A DNA stretch of 64,000 bases, from assembly GCF_006345805.1 (NCBI RefSeq), contig NC_043009.1, forward strand, positions 26,908,001-26,972,000, given 5' to 3'. This stretch comes from Octopus sinensis (lineage: Eukaryota). Within the stretch, counting starts at the first letter, position 1. Every line of letters begins with the position of its first letter. The notes under the pieces are model-generated. The model was not told the origin of the DNA. It did no database searches and worked only from the letters and a program-made list of their open reading frames with translations. Both the position numbers and the translations under genes were made by a program. This document shows positions 12,372 to 26,521 of this stretch, piece by piece.

Positions 12372-12869
12372 AATAATAATAATAATAATAATAACTGAAG
12401 TTTGGTAATAATATCTAAAGAGATTGAATGAGATAGTTGACAGAATATCGTATGAGAGAAGCATCCTATCCAGCGTCGTTAAAAGAGCGGTAAACATACT
12501 TTTGTAGATTCCTACATTCGTGGAAGTTGGTTTTCAACTCTGAATAATATAAGATTCACTGAATGGTGGTAGTTTAAGAGTGTAAATCAAAGAAATAGAG
12601 GAGTCTCTTTGAAGCATTACACATCGTAAGCACAACCTACATGTGGTAAGCACAGTTTTAGTTCGTTCAAGTTACTAAAAGTTATATCGCATAAATATTA
12701 TCCGACTAATTAAAATTTACGCAGCAGTTATTTTATGTAACAATTATTATTTAATTAATTTAAATTTATATAGATGTAATTATTAATGTTAATTATTTAT
12801 AATTGTTGCTGTACAATAGAAAACGGTGACATATCGATGTCATATTTTATTCAGACAAGCAAAAGTTGC

Positions 12870-12933
12870 ATTTTAGAAAGAAAATTCTGTTGCTCTCTTG
12901 CACACAGACACAACTTATGCATGTACATACACA

Positions 12934-13022
<89 letters not shown>

Positions 13023-13223
13023 GTCCGTCCGTCCGTCCGTCCGTCTGCCTGTCTGCCTGCCTGCCTGCCTGCCTGCCTGTCTGTCTGCCTGCCTGCCTGC
13101 CTGTCTGTCTTTCTGTCTGTCTGTCTGCCTGCATGTCTGTATGCTGCATGTCTGTCATTTAGAAAGAAAAGTCTGTTGCTCTCTTGCACACAGACACAAC
13201 TTATGCATGTACATACAAATATC

Positions 13224-13286
<63 letters not shown>

Positions 13287-13470
13287 ATCTATCTATCTCT
13301 ATCTATCTATTGTCGTCGTCCGTCCGTCCGTCTTGCTGTCTGCCTGCCTGCCTGCCTGCCTGCCTGTCTGTCTGCCTGCCTGCCTGCCTGTCTGTCTTTC
13401 TGTCTGTCTGTCTGCCTGCATGTCTGTCTTTCTGTCTGTCTGTCTGCCTGCCTGCCTGTCTGTCTGTCTG
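12870..13470. repeat. Tandem duplicated unit with compound (TATC)n/(GTCC)n/(GCCT)n microsatellites
   Basis: TTTAGAAAGAAAA.TCTGTTGCTCTCTTGCACACAGACACAACTTATGCATGTACATAC occurs at ~12871 and ~13158. Confidence 0.85.
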
Positions 13471-15192
13471 TTGATGCAGAAATACCGACCACATTGATCA
13501 TTGAACGTTGTCTCTTTTTCTGCGTTTGAATGAATGTGGTCGGTGTTTCTGCCACACCTTCGTTGGATACCGACCACACTCATCAAAGGTGCGGCAGATA
13601 TGCCGACCACATTCTGCAAGGTGCGGCAGAAATACCGACCACATTCATGCAAAGTGCGGCAGTAATACCGGTCACATTGCTCGTACGTGGGCAGAAATAC
13701 CGGCCACATTGCAACAGAAATACCGACTACAATGATCATCGGTGCGCTAGAAATACTGACCACATTGATTCTAGGTGCAGCAAAAATAGACATTCATCCA
13801 AGTTGCGGCAGAAAGCGACGACATACATTCACCATCCAAGGTCCGGCAGAAATACATACCACATTCCTCCAAAGTGCAAAGACAACATTCACTGAGCAAT
13901 GCGGTCGGTATTTCTGCCGCACCTTGCATGAATGTGGTCGCTATTTCTGCCGCACCTTCGATGAATACCGACCACATTTATCGAAGGGCCGGCAGAAATG
14001 CCGAATACATTCTGTAAGATGTGGCAGAAATACCGACCACATTCATGCATGGTGCGGCAGAAACACCGGCCACATTGATCGTAGGTGCGGCAGAAATACT
14101 GACGACATCCTTTCAAAGTGCTGCAGAAATAGACATAGGTATTTTGGCTGCGCCATGCATGAATGTCGGTATTTCTGCCGCACCTACGGTCAATGTGGCC
14201 GGTGTTTCTGCCGCACCATGCATGAATGTGGTCGGTATTTCTGCCGCACTTTACAGAATGTGGTCGGCATTTCTGCCGCACCTTCGATAAATGTGGTCGG
14301 TATTCATCGAAGGTGCGTCAGAAATACCGGCCACATTCATCAGTGAATGTCGTACCTTGCATGAATGTGGTCGCTATTTCTGCCGCACCTTCGATAAAAT
14401 ACCGACCACATCCATGCATGGTGCGGCAGAAATACCGATCACATTGAAAGGTCTATTTCTGCTGTACTTTGAAAGGATGTCGTCGGTATTTCTTCCGCAC
14501 CTACGATCAATGTGGCCGGTATTTCTGCCGCACCTGGCATTGATGTTAGTTGCCACAAAAATACCGACCACATTGATGTTACTTGCAAAACCGACCATAT
14601 TCTGTAAGGTGCGGCAGAAATACCAACCAATTCATGCAAGGTGCGGCAGAAATACGGACCACATTGCTCCCAAGTACTGCAGAAATACCGACCACATTGA
14701 TCATTGAACGTTGTCTCTATTCCTGCGTTTGAATGAATATTGTCGGTATTTCTGCTGCACTTTGGAAGAATGTTGTCGGTATTTCTCCCGCACCTTGGAT
14801 GAGTGTGGTCGGTGTTTCTGCCGCACCTTCGTTAAATACCGACCACACTCATCAAAGGTGCGGCAGATATACCGACCACATTCATGCAAAGTGCGGCAGA
14901 AATACCGGCCACATTGCTCTTACGTGGGCAGAAATACCGGCCACATTGCAACAGAAATACCGACCATATTGATCGTAGGTGCGGTAGAAATACTGACCAC
15001 ATTGATTCTAGGTGCAGCAGAAACATTCATCCAAGTTGCGGCAGAAATACCGACCATATTGAGTCTAGGTGCGGCAGAAATACGGACCACATTCATCCAA
15101 GGTGCGGCAGAAATAGAGACAACATTCATTCACAATGTGGTCGGTATTTCTGCCGCACCTACGATCAATGTGGTCGGTATTTCTGCCGCACA
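13470..15192. repeat. ~34-bp satellite array with repeated internal inversions
   Basis: Dozens of copies of GGTGCGGCAGAAATACCGACCACATT and of its reverse complement AATGTGGTCGGTATTTCTGCCGCACC. Confidence 0.9.
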
Positions 15193-15544
15193 TACAAATT
15201 TTGATGCCACTCCTCTACTCTGTACTATTTTCCTCCTCCATCCAGCTCTAATTCCATTTTTCTTCCCCTCCCTCCTTCAGCATTTTCTATCTGTCTCCCT
15301 CCTCTTCTCTCTCTTTCTCTCTCTCGGTGCTCACACGTGACCATCGTCCATCTTTTCCTCACGTGACCATCTTTCTTTTCCTGCACGGATGTTTAAACGA
15401 GCGGATGTATTTTTCTCTCTCTCTTCTAGCTTTCCTCTTTTCAAAATGATGTTTCTCCAAGCGTTCACTATTTTCCTCTCGTTCTGGTCTAACGACCCTC
15501 CATGTTTGTTTTCATTTAGTTTTCTTGTATGATTCTACTTTAGA

Positions 15545-15995
15545 GATTTCAAACTTAAAATCTTCAAAGCCACAGTCGAACCAATTCTACTATATGGCTC
15601 AGAAACCTGGACGTTATCAAAGAAGCTTGAGAGGCGGTTGGATTGAACTTACACTCGCCTCCTTATGAGAACTCAAAATCTCTCGTGGAAACGGCATCCA
15701 ACCAAAGTACACATATATGGGAAACTACCACCTGTATCATCTCTTGTGAAAGGTAGAAGAGTCCAGTTTGCTGGACATTGTTGTAGAGCTGAAAACGAGG
15801 TAATTTCTACTCTTCTCCCCTGGAAGCCATCTGCTCGCGATACCAGAGGCGCACACTCTCCTACCCTGATGTAATCTCCAGGGATACAGGCATCCAGCAA
15901 CAGGACCTCTGTAAAGCTATGATGGACTGTGAAGTCTGGCGTAACATAGTAAATTCCATTGTCTTGACCACGATCGAACAATGATGAATGATGAT
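15545..15995 (+). mobile_element. RTE/RTEX-like LINE 3' fragment
   Basis: Translates as KIFKATVEPILLYGSETWTLSKKLERRLD*TYTRLLMR...RRVQFAGHCCR and ends in a (TGA)n-like tail. Confidence 0.8.
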
Positions 15996-16293
15996 TATAT
16001 GTCTCCACTGTCATTTTTTGTTCCCAAATTTGACCCTCTATAAATCCTAAATTTTATTTTAGAATTTATGGGAACAACTGTCTTTGAAAACTCATACTGT
16101 CGTTGAATGCTCGAAATGAGGAGTAGATAAACAGCCGACAACTGATGAAGGGTCCTTTCTCTGTCTTAATTTGTCCTGTTTTCCATTTTATCTCGTTCTT
16201 TACGTATTTCACTCGCTTTTCATTCGTTTGATTACGTATTTCATAGTATTTGCACTGTTGGTAACGTCCTGCACACATATATGCATGCATGTA

Positions 16294-16364
<71 letters not shown>

Positions 16365-17034
16365 CACATATAAATATATATATATTATATATTACCTATA
16401 TATATATATATAAGTATATGTATATATATGTGTATGCACATGTGTCATATATGCATATAAATACATATATATATATACACATAGATACGTATATACATAT
16501 ACACACACACACACATACTCACACACACACATACACATATATATACAAACATACACACATACATCATAGAACAGAAGAATGGACCTCATATCAATAAACA
16601 CCACACAGATCATCGTTTGACAAGAACACAATAATACTAACCACTCCAAAATACTCACTGTAAACATTATCATTAAGATTAATATAAAGATAATCGCCAC
16701 AAAAAAGCCATCTCTACTCGTTCTTTCAAATATATATAATAGAGTACAAAGAACTTTCTCTTTATTATTCTACTATATATATATATATATGTATGTATTT
16801 ATATATCCTATATTTGCTGAAGAATTTGTCGTTGGGTCAGTTTAGCTTAATGATAAAGCACCAGACGCGTAATCTCAGGGACGTGAGTTCGAGTCTCATG
16901 GCTGGCCGCCGACAGGCTTTTCTGCAAGATATGGATAGTTTATCCTGTTTATGCTATATTTTCAACATTATTCTGCTTTGAGAAAAAATTATTTCCTTAT
17001 CTGTATCTTTCAACATATGTATTAATATATATAT

Positions 17035-17088
<54 letters not shown>

Positions 17089-17335
17089 TATATATATAAT
17101 ATATAATATATATATTATCAATATAAAAAACAAAGGGTAAAATTAATTAATTAACTAGTAATCAATTAGAATTTCGGCATGAAAAGGGACCATTTCTCGG
17201 AAAACATAAGTAATATTTTTATAATTAGGGAACCTTAGCTATTTCCTCTACTTTTAAAGTAGAGGAAATAGCTAAGTTCTCTGGCTGCTATTTCTAAACT
17301 TCGGAATGTGGTAAAGCAAATCTTTGCTGAACCTA

Positions 17336-17378
<43 letters not shown>

Positions 17379-17963
17379 TATATATATATATTATATATAA
17401 TTATATATATATATATATATAATATTATATATATATATATATATAATTATATATTATACATACATACACATATACAACACATATGTGAGAAAGAGAGAGA
17501 ACGATACATACACATACATGTATATATATACATACATATGTGTAATAAATAAAATTATATGCATACATACAAACATATATGTACGTAACCGACATCTACA
17601 TGTATATATACATGCATATATTAAATATATATACGTACAGGAACCACCACAAGAAGACGTAAAAATCAACAGAAACGAAAACGGAAAAGCCATTTTGTTA
17701 CAACAGAAGGACAGAGACGTGGAACAAGACGAAAACGAAAACGGGAAAAACATTATGTACAGGGTTAAAACGAGCAAGAAAAAAAATGTAACACAAAAAG
17801 GGACGTAACAAGAACTGCACAAAAAAATACAAGAAAAAAATACAAAATTAAAGATACATGTACAAGAAAATACAAACGAGAATTAAATTACAATACGAGA
17901 AATCAAAATAAACAAGAGAACAAACGAAAAAGACGAACGAAGGCCAATATGTAATATATATAT

Positions 17964-18143
<180 letters not shown>

Positions 18144-18412
18144 AAGAGTAAGAGGTGCCAGAGGCAAAGATTTGGGGCTAGGCATGTTTGTGTGTAGTAG
18201 GTTGAATGTATGTATCAAATATATTTAATTAGAAATATATATCTGAGAGGATCGGATTAAATCTGGGGAGGGTTAAGTTGTTTGTCAAGTAGTATACATT
18301 CATATATGTATGAATGCGTGTATGTATACAAACACACACATATACTTATATACACATACACTTCCAATCATATATAAGTATGGGAGCATGTGTCAACACA
18401 TACATACTTAGA

Positions 18413-18451
<39 letters not shown>

Positions 18452-18599
18452 AACGAGAAGGGAAAATGCATAGTTTCCATAGTTTTGACATATATTCTAT
18501 AAGTGAAACAATACTTTTTATATATATTAAAACTGTGTAAACTGCGTGTATTTTCCTTCTTTTATTTTATATTCTTTACTCTCCTACTCTTTAATCTTT

Positions 18600-19014
18600 A
18601 ACTTCTTTCAGTCATTTGACTGTGGCCATGCTGGAGCACCGTCTTTAGTCGAGCAAATCGACCCCAGAACTTATTCTTTGTAAACCTAGTACTTATTCTA
18701 TCGGTCTCTTTTGCCGAATCGTTAAATTACGGGGACGTAAACACACCAGCATAGATTGTCAAACGATGTGGGGGTGGTGGGGACAAACACAAATACACAA
18801 ACATATATACACACATACATATATGTATGCATATATGCATACATATATACGACAGGCTTCTTTCAGTTTCCGTCTACCAAATCCACTCACAAGGTTTTGG
18901 TCGGCCCGAGGCTATAGTAGTAGACACTTGCCCAAGATGCCACGCAGTGGGACTGAACCCGGAACCGTGTGGTTGGTAAGCAAGCAACTTATCACACAGC
19001 TACTCTTACGCCTA
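18600..19014 (-). mobile_element. SINE family 1, full length
   Basis: Head, body and 3' end are complete, as in 960-1398. Confidence 0.8.
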
Positions 19015-19810
19015 TGTATATATATACATTTTTTGCATTACATCTCACCATGTGGGGCTAATCGAAATTTTCCTCTTCCCTTTTTCAGAGGCGATGACCT
19101 CTTGGAGTTAGTCAACGGTAGCATTCGTCCTATTTTTCTGGACTACCATAGTAGCTTGGCGAGAACTATTAATATCCGGTACCGCTGCCGTAGTCTCCTT
19201 TAGAGAGACTTAGAACTATAATATTTCTCTCTCTTTCTCTCTCTGTATATATCTATCTATATATATATTATATATTATATATTTATATATTATATATATA
19301 TTATATAACACATAAATACATAATACATATATATACACATAAATACATACAAAATAAATATATATATATACACAAATACACAAATACACATACATACATA
19401 CATACATATATATACTAATATATATATCTAGCTGGATATTTTAGACTCTGGGAATTTTAACAGCATATCAAATGATATATAACTCACCAAAATATGAAGA
19501 AATTTGATATCGGTAGAATTTTAAATCTAAACCAATGGAACATAATTTGTATTTATGTTGGAGTTATGCAAAATTTAGATTAATTATATAGTGATGAAGA
19601 ATTAAATGTTTGCTAAGCTAACTATTTATAGACACGTCTCAGGTGTGAAAAATATCAACATCCGTCGTCATCATCATCATCATCATCATAACATCATCAT
19701 CATCATCATCATCATCATCAATTAGATTAATTATATAGTGATGAAGAATTAAATGTTTGCTAAGCTAACTATTTATAGACACGTCTCAGGTGTGAAAAAT
19801 ATCAACATCG

Positions 19811-19915
<105 letters not shown>

Positions 19916-20855
19916 GCAACAACAACAACACTTCCTCCTAAATCTAGATGAGAGGAGATTATGTGAGTATGCCTCGTTGATACATTTATCTAGAAGTTTC
20001 TTAGCTGTTACATTGCATTCTGTATAGCTTCCTTAATGTGGAGGTGGATGGCTTGGTGGTTAGGGTGTTGGACTCATGATCGCAAGATTGTGGTTCCGAT
20101 TCCTGGACTGCGGAAACACGTTGTGTTCTTGAGCAAAACACCTAATTTTACGTTGCTTCAGTTCACTCCGCGGGTAAAAACAAGTAACTCTGTGACGGAC
20201 TGTCGACCCTTCCAGGGAAGGATATACGCCAGAGAAATCGGGGAAGTGGTTCTATGTTCCTTACGGATCAATGTGGATTAACCATAACTTACCTAACGTG
20301 GACACGCCGTAGAAAACCAGAAAACTGCCGTATTTATCTGGAGAAAGCATCTCGTATAAGAGTGTAGTGCTAAAATGCCTAGAATTATATCATAGCAGAC
20401 GAAGTGTCCAGCAGTGGCGGTGAAATTGCTAAATCCAGATTTCTACTTCTTTGAGCCTCATCCATCTTAAAAATGTTCTGAGTTCAAATTCCACCGAGGG
20501 TTAACTTTGCTTTTCATCCTTTCAGGGTCGATTAAACAGTTATTCGAAATAAATATCATTTCTGTACTTGGTTTTTAGTTTTATCATTTTTGTTTAAATA
20601 AAATAAAACATTTAGAATAATTAACATTTCGCATAATTGTCCTTTTGAATAATTTTCATTCATACAATTTTCCATTCGAATAAATGTTTTTCGAATAATT
20701 GTTCTCGAACAACTTTCGAACAATATTCACATAATCAAACTTCATCAATTCTTCTTGTATCTATTTTTATTCTGGAAACGTGGTTGAAATATGAAAGCAA
20801 ATGACTTGTCGAATTCTCATATATATATACTAACCAATATAATTCTTGTTTTCAG

Positions 20856-21063
20856 AGCAAACGGAATAGGGATGGCTTCAATGTTTGCCCGTCTTGGTAG
20901 TAAGTGTGCACCCTTCATTCTTCAGCTCTCATCCTATGCCAAATGGCTTCCTCTGATTATCTACAGCGTTCTTGCAATTATATTCGGATTATTATTGCTG
21001 TTACTGTGAGAAACGAAGGATAAATACTTACCTCAAACATTTGAAGATTTGAGCAAATGGTAA
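20856..21063 (+). pseudogene. Orphan duplicate of the SLC22 gene B terminal exon, with premature TGA at 21007-21009
   Basis: Highly similar to 44996-45203, including the upstream acceptor. It reads [20 protein letters not shown]...LLLLL*ETKDKYLPQTFEDLSKW*. No sister exons were found nearby. Confidence 0.85.
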
Positions 21064-21088
21064 AAAAAATTGGCATTGTGTTTATGAG

Positions 21089-21119
<31 letters not shown>

Positions 21120-21166
21120 AAAAGAGAGATAGAAAGAGAGAGAAAGAGAGAGAGAGAGGAGAAAGG

Positions 21167-21215
<49 letters not shown>

Positions 21216-21232
21216 AAGAAAGAGTTTGGAAG

Positions 21233-21308
<76 letters not shown>

Positions 21309-21364
21309 GTCTGTCTGTCTGTCAGTCTCTCTCACTCCATCTTACACACACACACACACACACA

Positions 21365-21414
<50 letters not shown>

Positions 21415-22029
21415 GTATGCATGTATGTATGCATACACACATACAGACACCTCCCACATACATAGTTGGAATCTTTGTGGTTTTCGTCATTGTCCACAAT
21501 TTTCGTTTCAATCGTTTTCAAATTTGGTATATGGATTAAGTTTTGTATACTAATTATGAAAATGAAATTCATTTCCCTTATAAATCCATAATTAAAAAGT
21601 TATGAGCCTTTAAAATTTGCAAAATCTTGAGTACTTTAGCCAATCAGAAACGAGTATTTTACATATCACCGTCGCTAAGAACTCTGTTTCCATAGTAACC
21701 AAAGCAAAGAAGCACCACATGTTCCATAGCTGATTTCCATAATAACCAAAAATGCTGCGTATGCGCACAAGGAGTGTAACTACCACGTTTTGACTGTTAT
21801 TTCTAGCAACTCCTGTTAGTTTGCTCGTAGCTTTCAAATATTTACTTTGCTCGCGAATGTTTTAATGTTTTTCACTGTTTTCACAGTTAACTTTCCTCGT
21901 GTATATTTTAATGTTTTGACTGTTATTTCTAACAACTCCTGTTGGTTTGATCGTAGCTTTTAAATATTTAATTTGCTCGCGAATCTTTTAATGGTTTTCA
22001 ATGTTTATTGTAGCTAGTTTAATGTTTTG

Positions 22030-22532
22030 ACTGATAGGGCACAGAAAGTGTGTCTATAGCCAGCTGGAGGAGGTGTCTTCCTGGTGCTACAAACTACAGT
22101 AGCACCTACCCTTAGGGGTTAGCCATATTCAAATGGCAAATATACGTCACGATGTGTTGCTGCTACTGTTTATAACTCGCTCTGAGATTTATCATTGTTT
22201 GATTTCACTTTTTCAATATCAGTGTCTATCGATACTGGAAAAAGTATATGTATTTGTGAGGGGAACTGACTTCTCGTCGACAACTATGATTGTCACACGC
22301 CGATGATAGGTCAATACCTCGAAACTCGAGTCCGTGTGTATCATAAGTTGAAGACGGGAAGGATGAGTTCCCTTCACAAATACTGATAAGGCACAGAAAG
22401 TGTGTCTATAGCCAGCTGGAGGAGGTGTCTTCCTGGGGCTACAAACTACAGTAGCATCCACCCATATTCAAATGGCAAATATACGTCACGATGTGTTGCC
22501 GCTACTGTTTATAACTCGCTCTGAGATTTATC

Positions 22533-22537
<5 letters not shown>
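22030..22537. repeat. Direct duplicated ~160-bp repeat fragments (DNA element or Helitron-like)
   Basis: GGCACAGAAAGTGTGTCTATAGCCAGCTGGAGGAGG...CTCGCTCTGAGATTTATCATT occurs at ~22038 and ~22390. Confidence 0.7.
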
Positions 22538-22597
<60 letters not shown>

Positions 22598-22600
22598 TAT

Positions 22601-22801
22601 TATAATATTAATTAGAGACAAAACCACTATTATGCAAATCAAACAAAGAAAGACTTAATCCAATACATAAAAATAATATAATTAAGATATCCACGTGGAT
22701 ATCTTAATTATATTTAATTTATATAAAATGTTTTATGTATTGGATTAAGTCTTTCTTTGTTTATTTGCATAATAGTGGTTTTGTCTCTAATTGATATTAT
22801 A
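22601..22801. repeat. Long palindrome centred on CCACGTGG
   Basis: Arms of ~90-100 bp are reverse complementary around 22691-22698. Confidence 0.85.
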
Positions 22802-22877
22802 TTATATTTTACTATAAAATTGGATTCAATCCTAAATCTGATTTTCCCTGTAAATTTGGATTTATTCCCTAATATTT

Positions 22878-22908
<31 letters not shown>

Positions 22909-25534
22909 TATATATATATATATAATGTGTATGTGCATGTTATAGAGTTAAGCGATCTGTACCGTCGCATTTCACTTTTGCCAGCTGATATGATGACACA
23001 CTTCTCGTGCGAAACGTCACGTAATGATAATAATGCCATCATCCTCCTAAGCTGCTCCTGCCTATGATGAGGGATAACAGATTAACAACAGCTCAAAGTA
23101 GATATTCGTCCATTGTATATCTATATATGTGTGTGTATGTATAATTGTTGTGGTGAAATCCTGACACCCTTGTGGGATAGCAGGTGCCCTAAACCTTATA
23201 AAGGCGCTTGCGTACTGACAGTACGACGTACAGTGTGGTGTGTGCAGTCGCATTTATGAAGGCAATCGTAGAAGTCGTTGAGAAGAGATATAAATTGGTT
23301 ACGTGTTTGTTACTGATTTAGTTTTTGCAGTGTTATAACACGGTTACACTGTAGTCCATATCCAATCTCAAGGATAGAAGAATAATGTTGGTTAAGAACT
23401 TCACATGTAGGTGATAATGCTATTTATTGTCACTCAGACCTGTTTACGACAATGTGAAACTGTTGGCTAGCTTAGTGCATAGGTTCTAGGTTGTTTATTT
23501 ATTTGAGGAATGTGATCGCTGCAGCACTGTGCCTTTATCAACGCCAAGAAAACTCAATACGTTATGAGGAGTATCTATTTATGGATTAGAAGTTAATGAT
23601 TTCAACAGTTATTCCCGAGAGTTTTAAAGACGTGCAGCCACATTCCAAATTCTTCAGGTGAGCATCGAAAGGGAGTTGTTAACTGCTTTTAGCTTGAAAG
23701 ATGATTTCTTATTAGTCGTTGCTCAACTGGGCTTCCATTAGATGCGGTAGATCATGTGATGGGAAACGAAAAAGACTACTAAGTAAGTCACTGCAAGATG
23801 TTGATAAAAGCAGGGAAGATGACACTGCCGTGTTTAATTTTCGTTTGTAAGACATGTTACTCCTTGATTCTACTCGGAATTGTTTCAGGTTAATTGGTTA
23901 GAACTGAGGCATGGATAAAGATCGTTTGTGACGGTTAAAATATTTAATTTCAGCACTTTTAATGAGGGATAGCACATTCTGTATTGGGATGTGAAGTCTT
24001 TCAGCCAGAGAGAACTGGTAATTACAGGATCCACAGGAGTATAGAGAAGAGTTTTCAATAATGCTTCGGCGTATAGTAGAACTGATGTCTCTAAACCTAA
24101 AGAAGTTCTTTGAAGTCATTTGCTAACAAACTAAACGTGGACTCGTCGGGAATTGAGTCTGAGTCTGAGTTTTGCTTCCAGTTTTCGAATCAAGTCCAAT
24201 TATTTTGTCATGCCAATTCGCATAATATTTCTTACATTTTTTTGCCTACTCCTTCTCCTGCTTAAAAACATATGCTTTACCGATAAGACTGAAGCAATTC
24301 ACAATTTGTTTCACTGGAGCGTCTCAAAATTGAAAATGGCAATCGGTTAGACACTGTATATTATTTCAAATCAGATAATAAAATATTTGCTTTATATCAA
24401 CAAATCTTCACTGAATGACTTGAAAGCATTTTTTCCGCATGAATGATTTTCTTTAGCAGATGTGTCTGTGAATGTCTGGATAGTTGTTCGTTTTTATAAG
24501 TGACAAATTTATTGCTACGATGATAAAAAGAGTCCAGATAAAAGCATATTAAGGTAATATTACCGTATAATTCAATAAAGCACCTGTGATAAATAAGTAA
24601 TTGGAAGTATATATTTAAGAAAGAAGTCATTAGCCGGAGGACAAGTTGTGGAGCGGGTTACAACCCCACCACAAAAAAACCATGTTGATATCTGGATGAA
24701 AAGCAACATAGAGACTGTTGTATATTGTTGCAGAAGAGATTGGTAAATATATATCATTACTTTATTTTGGACAGACCTATGAGCTTCTTTTTATAGATAT
24801 TTATAATTTTAATCGGAGCCGTTTTGGTTAACATATTCATACATACACTTGCATCTCCTCTCTCTCTCTCTCTCTCTCTCTCAGTCTGTCTATCTATTTG
24901 CATATACATGTAGTAGTGTCGTTTATTTAGCACATTTATAATTTGCTGCTATGAATAACTTGTTCTATAAGTTGTTCGTATATTAGTATCAGACGTCTTC
25001 TAGTTAAGAACGAATATGTTTATTTTGTGTTGATCTTGTTTATTTCCATTCTAAAATCCTTACTATTTCACAGTTTGTCCACTTATAACCATGCAATATC
25101 CATGCAATGACTAGAACCGTCAAGGACAGTGTCCAGCGTGCAGGAGTTTTCGTTCCACTCCATTATTACAATATTTCTCGATGGTTTGCCTCGAACTCCT
25201 CGTCAGTTTCAACAGGTATGACCTAGAGCAAGGGTTCTCAACCATTTTTTTACCTATTGATTCCTTTGGTTGCTATTTTATTCTGGTGCACCCCCACATA
25301 GCCATTCAATGTTTAAAAACTAGTTTATAGAAACTTTTATCAAAATTCCTATTTTGTTTTTCACACATTAACTCGTACAGGTCGAACCATGTGAAACATT
25401 AAAGTAGCCAAAATGTTTCTTACTATACATACTCACACGTACATCTAAAACAGAATTTTTCAGAGGCCCTTAAAATACAATTGTGGATCCTTAATTTACT
25501 ATTCTGTGTGCCCCTCCCAATCTTACATGGGCCT

Positions 25535-25765
25535 TCAGGTGAGCTGGCAGAAACGTTAGCAAGCCGGGCGAAATGCTTAGCGGTATTTCGTCTGCCGTTA
25601 CGTTCTGAGTTCAAATTCCGTCGAGGTCGACTTTGCCTTTCATCCTTTCGGGGTCGATAAATATTGTACCAGTTACGCACTGGAGTCGATGTAATTGACT
25701 TAATCCCTTTGTCTGTTCTTGTTTGTCCCCTCTATGTTTAGCCCCTTGTGGGCAATAAAGAAATA
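25535..25765 (+). mobile_element. SINE family 2 (Nin-domain-like), inserted in an hAT-like MITE (~25230-25790)
   Basis: GAGCTGGCAGAAACGTTAGC...GAGTTCAAATTCC...CTTTGCCTTTCATCCTTTCGGGGTCGATAAA. The flanks GGGTTCTCAACC and GGTTGAGACC are TIR-like. Confidence 0.75.
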
Positions 25766-26183
25766 ATATGGACCCTGGTTGAGACCTAAAGGATAGTAAC
25801 CAAATCATTATTGAGTTCCGTCGTTGATACATGTTCACATTACCCTTTTTTATTAGTTTTAATGACGAAATCATTCCTGTTAAATGCATATTATGGGAAA
25901 ATGTTAATATATCTAACAAGAAACCCGAAACAACTAGGTCACTTGGTGTTGAGTTAGGTAGTCACTAACAGCTTGGATAAGATGTGGTGCAATATAGTGA
26001 TCCTTGCTGATATCTGGAGGAGAACCAGATGAGATTCTTATATACTGCAGTAGAAATTAGTTAACCTCATTACGTTTGGATGGAACTGGGTCATTTTTTT
26101 TAATGGAAACGAATATTTCTTGTTTTTGATGCGAACTAATTTTGCAGGCATATACACACATAGACCTACTTTCCTATCTACAA

Positions 26184-26241
<58 letters not shown>

Positions 26242-26459
26242 TATGCACAGCACGTGTACATATATTCGTGCGCACAAATACTCTCTCTCTCTCTCTCTCA
26301 CGTACCCACGCCACTGTAAAGTGTGCAGGATTATTCATACCTTCGCAGCACTGGTCTCTGGATACTCGGACGGATTGCGTTAAATACAGGTTAGTGTTTA
26401 AAAACATCGAACGCTAGCGATGAACTGATTGTAATATTAATGCATGAAATATAATGTTC

Positions 26460-26490
26460 CTTTACACGCACATGTGCGCATATAGCGTGC

Positions 26491-26521
<31 letters not shown>

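Noticed and set aside
12786-13529. 247-aa ORF
   Set aside because: It is made of (TATC)n and (GCCT)n microsatellites.
13470-15192. CRISPR-like repeat-spacer appearance
   Set aside because: The linkers are only ~7-9 nt and recur, the orientation flips, there are no cas genes, and the context is eukaryotic. The overlapping Cys/Arg-rich ORFs are repeat translations.
16135-16175. CTGATGAAGGG hammerhead-like start
   Set aside because: No closing stem II or GAAA follows; at most a relic.
22985-23022. ATGATGA...GAAACGTC hammerhead-like motif
   Set aside because: Positions 3:8 are mismatched and stems I/II are poor; too decayed to call.
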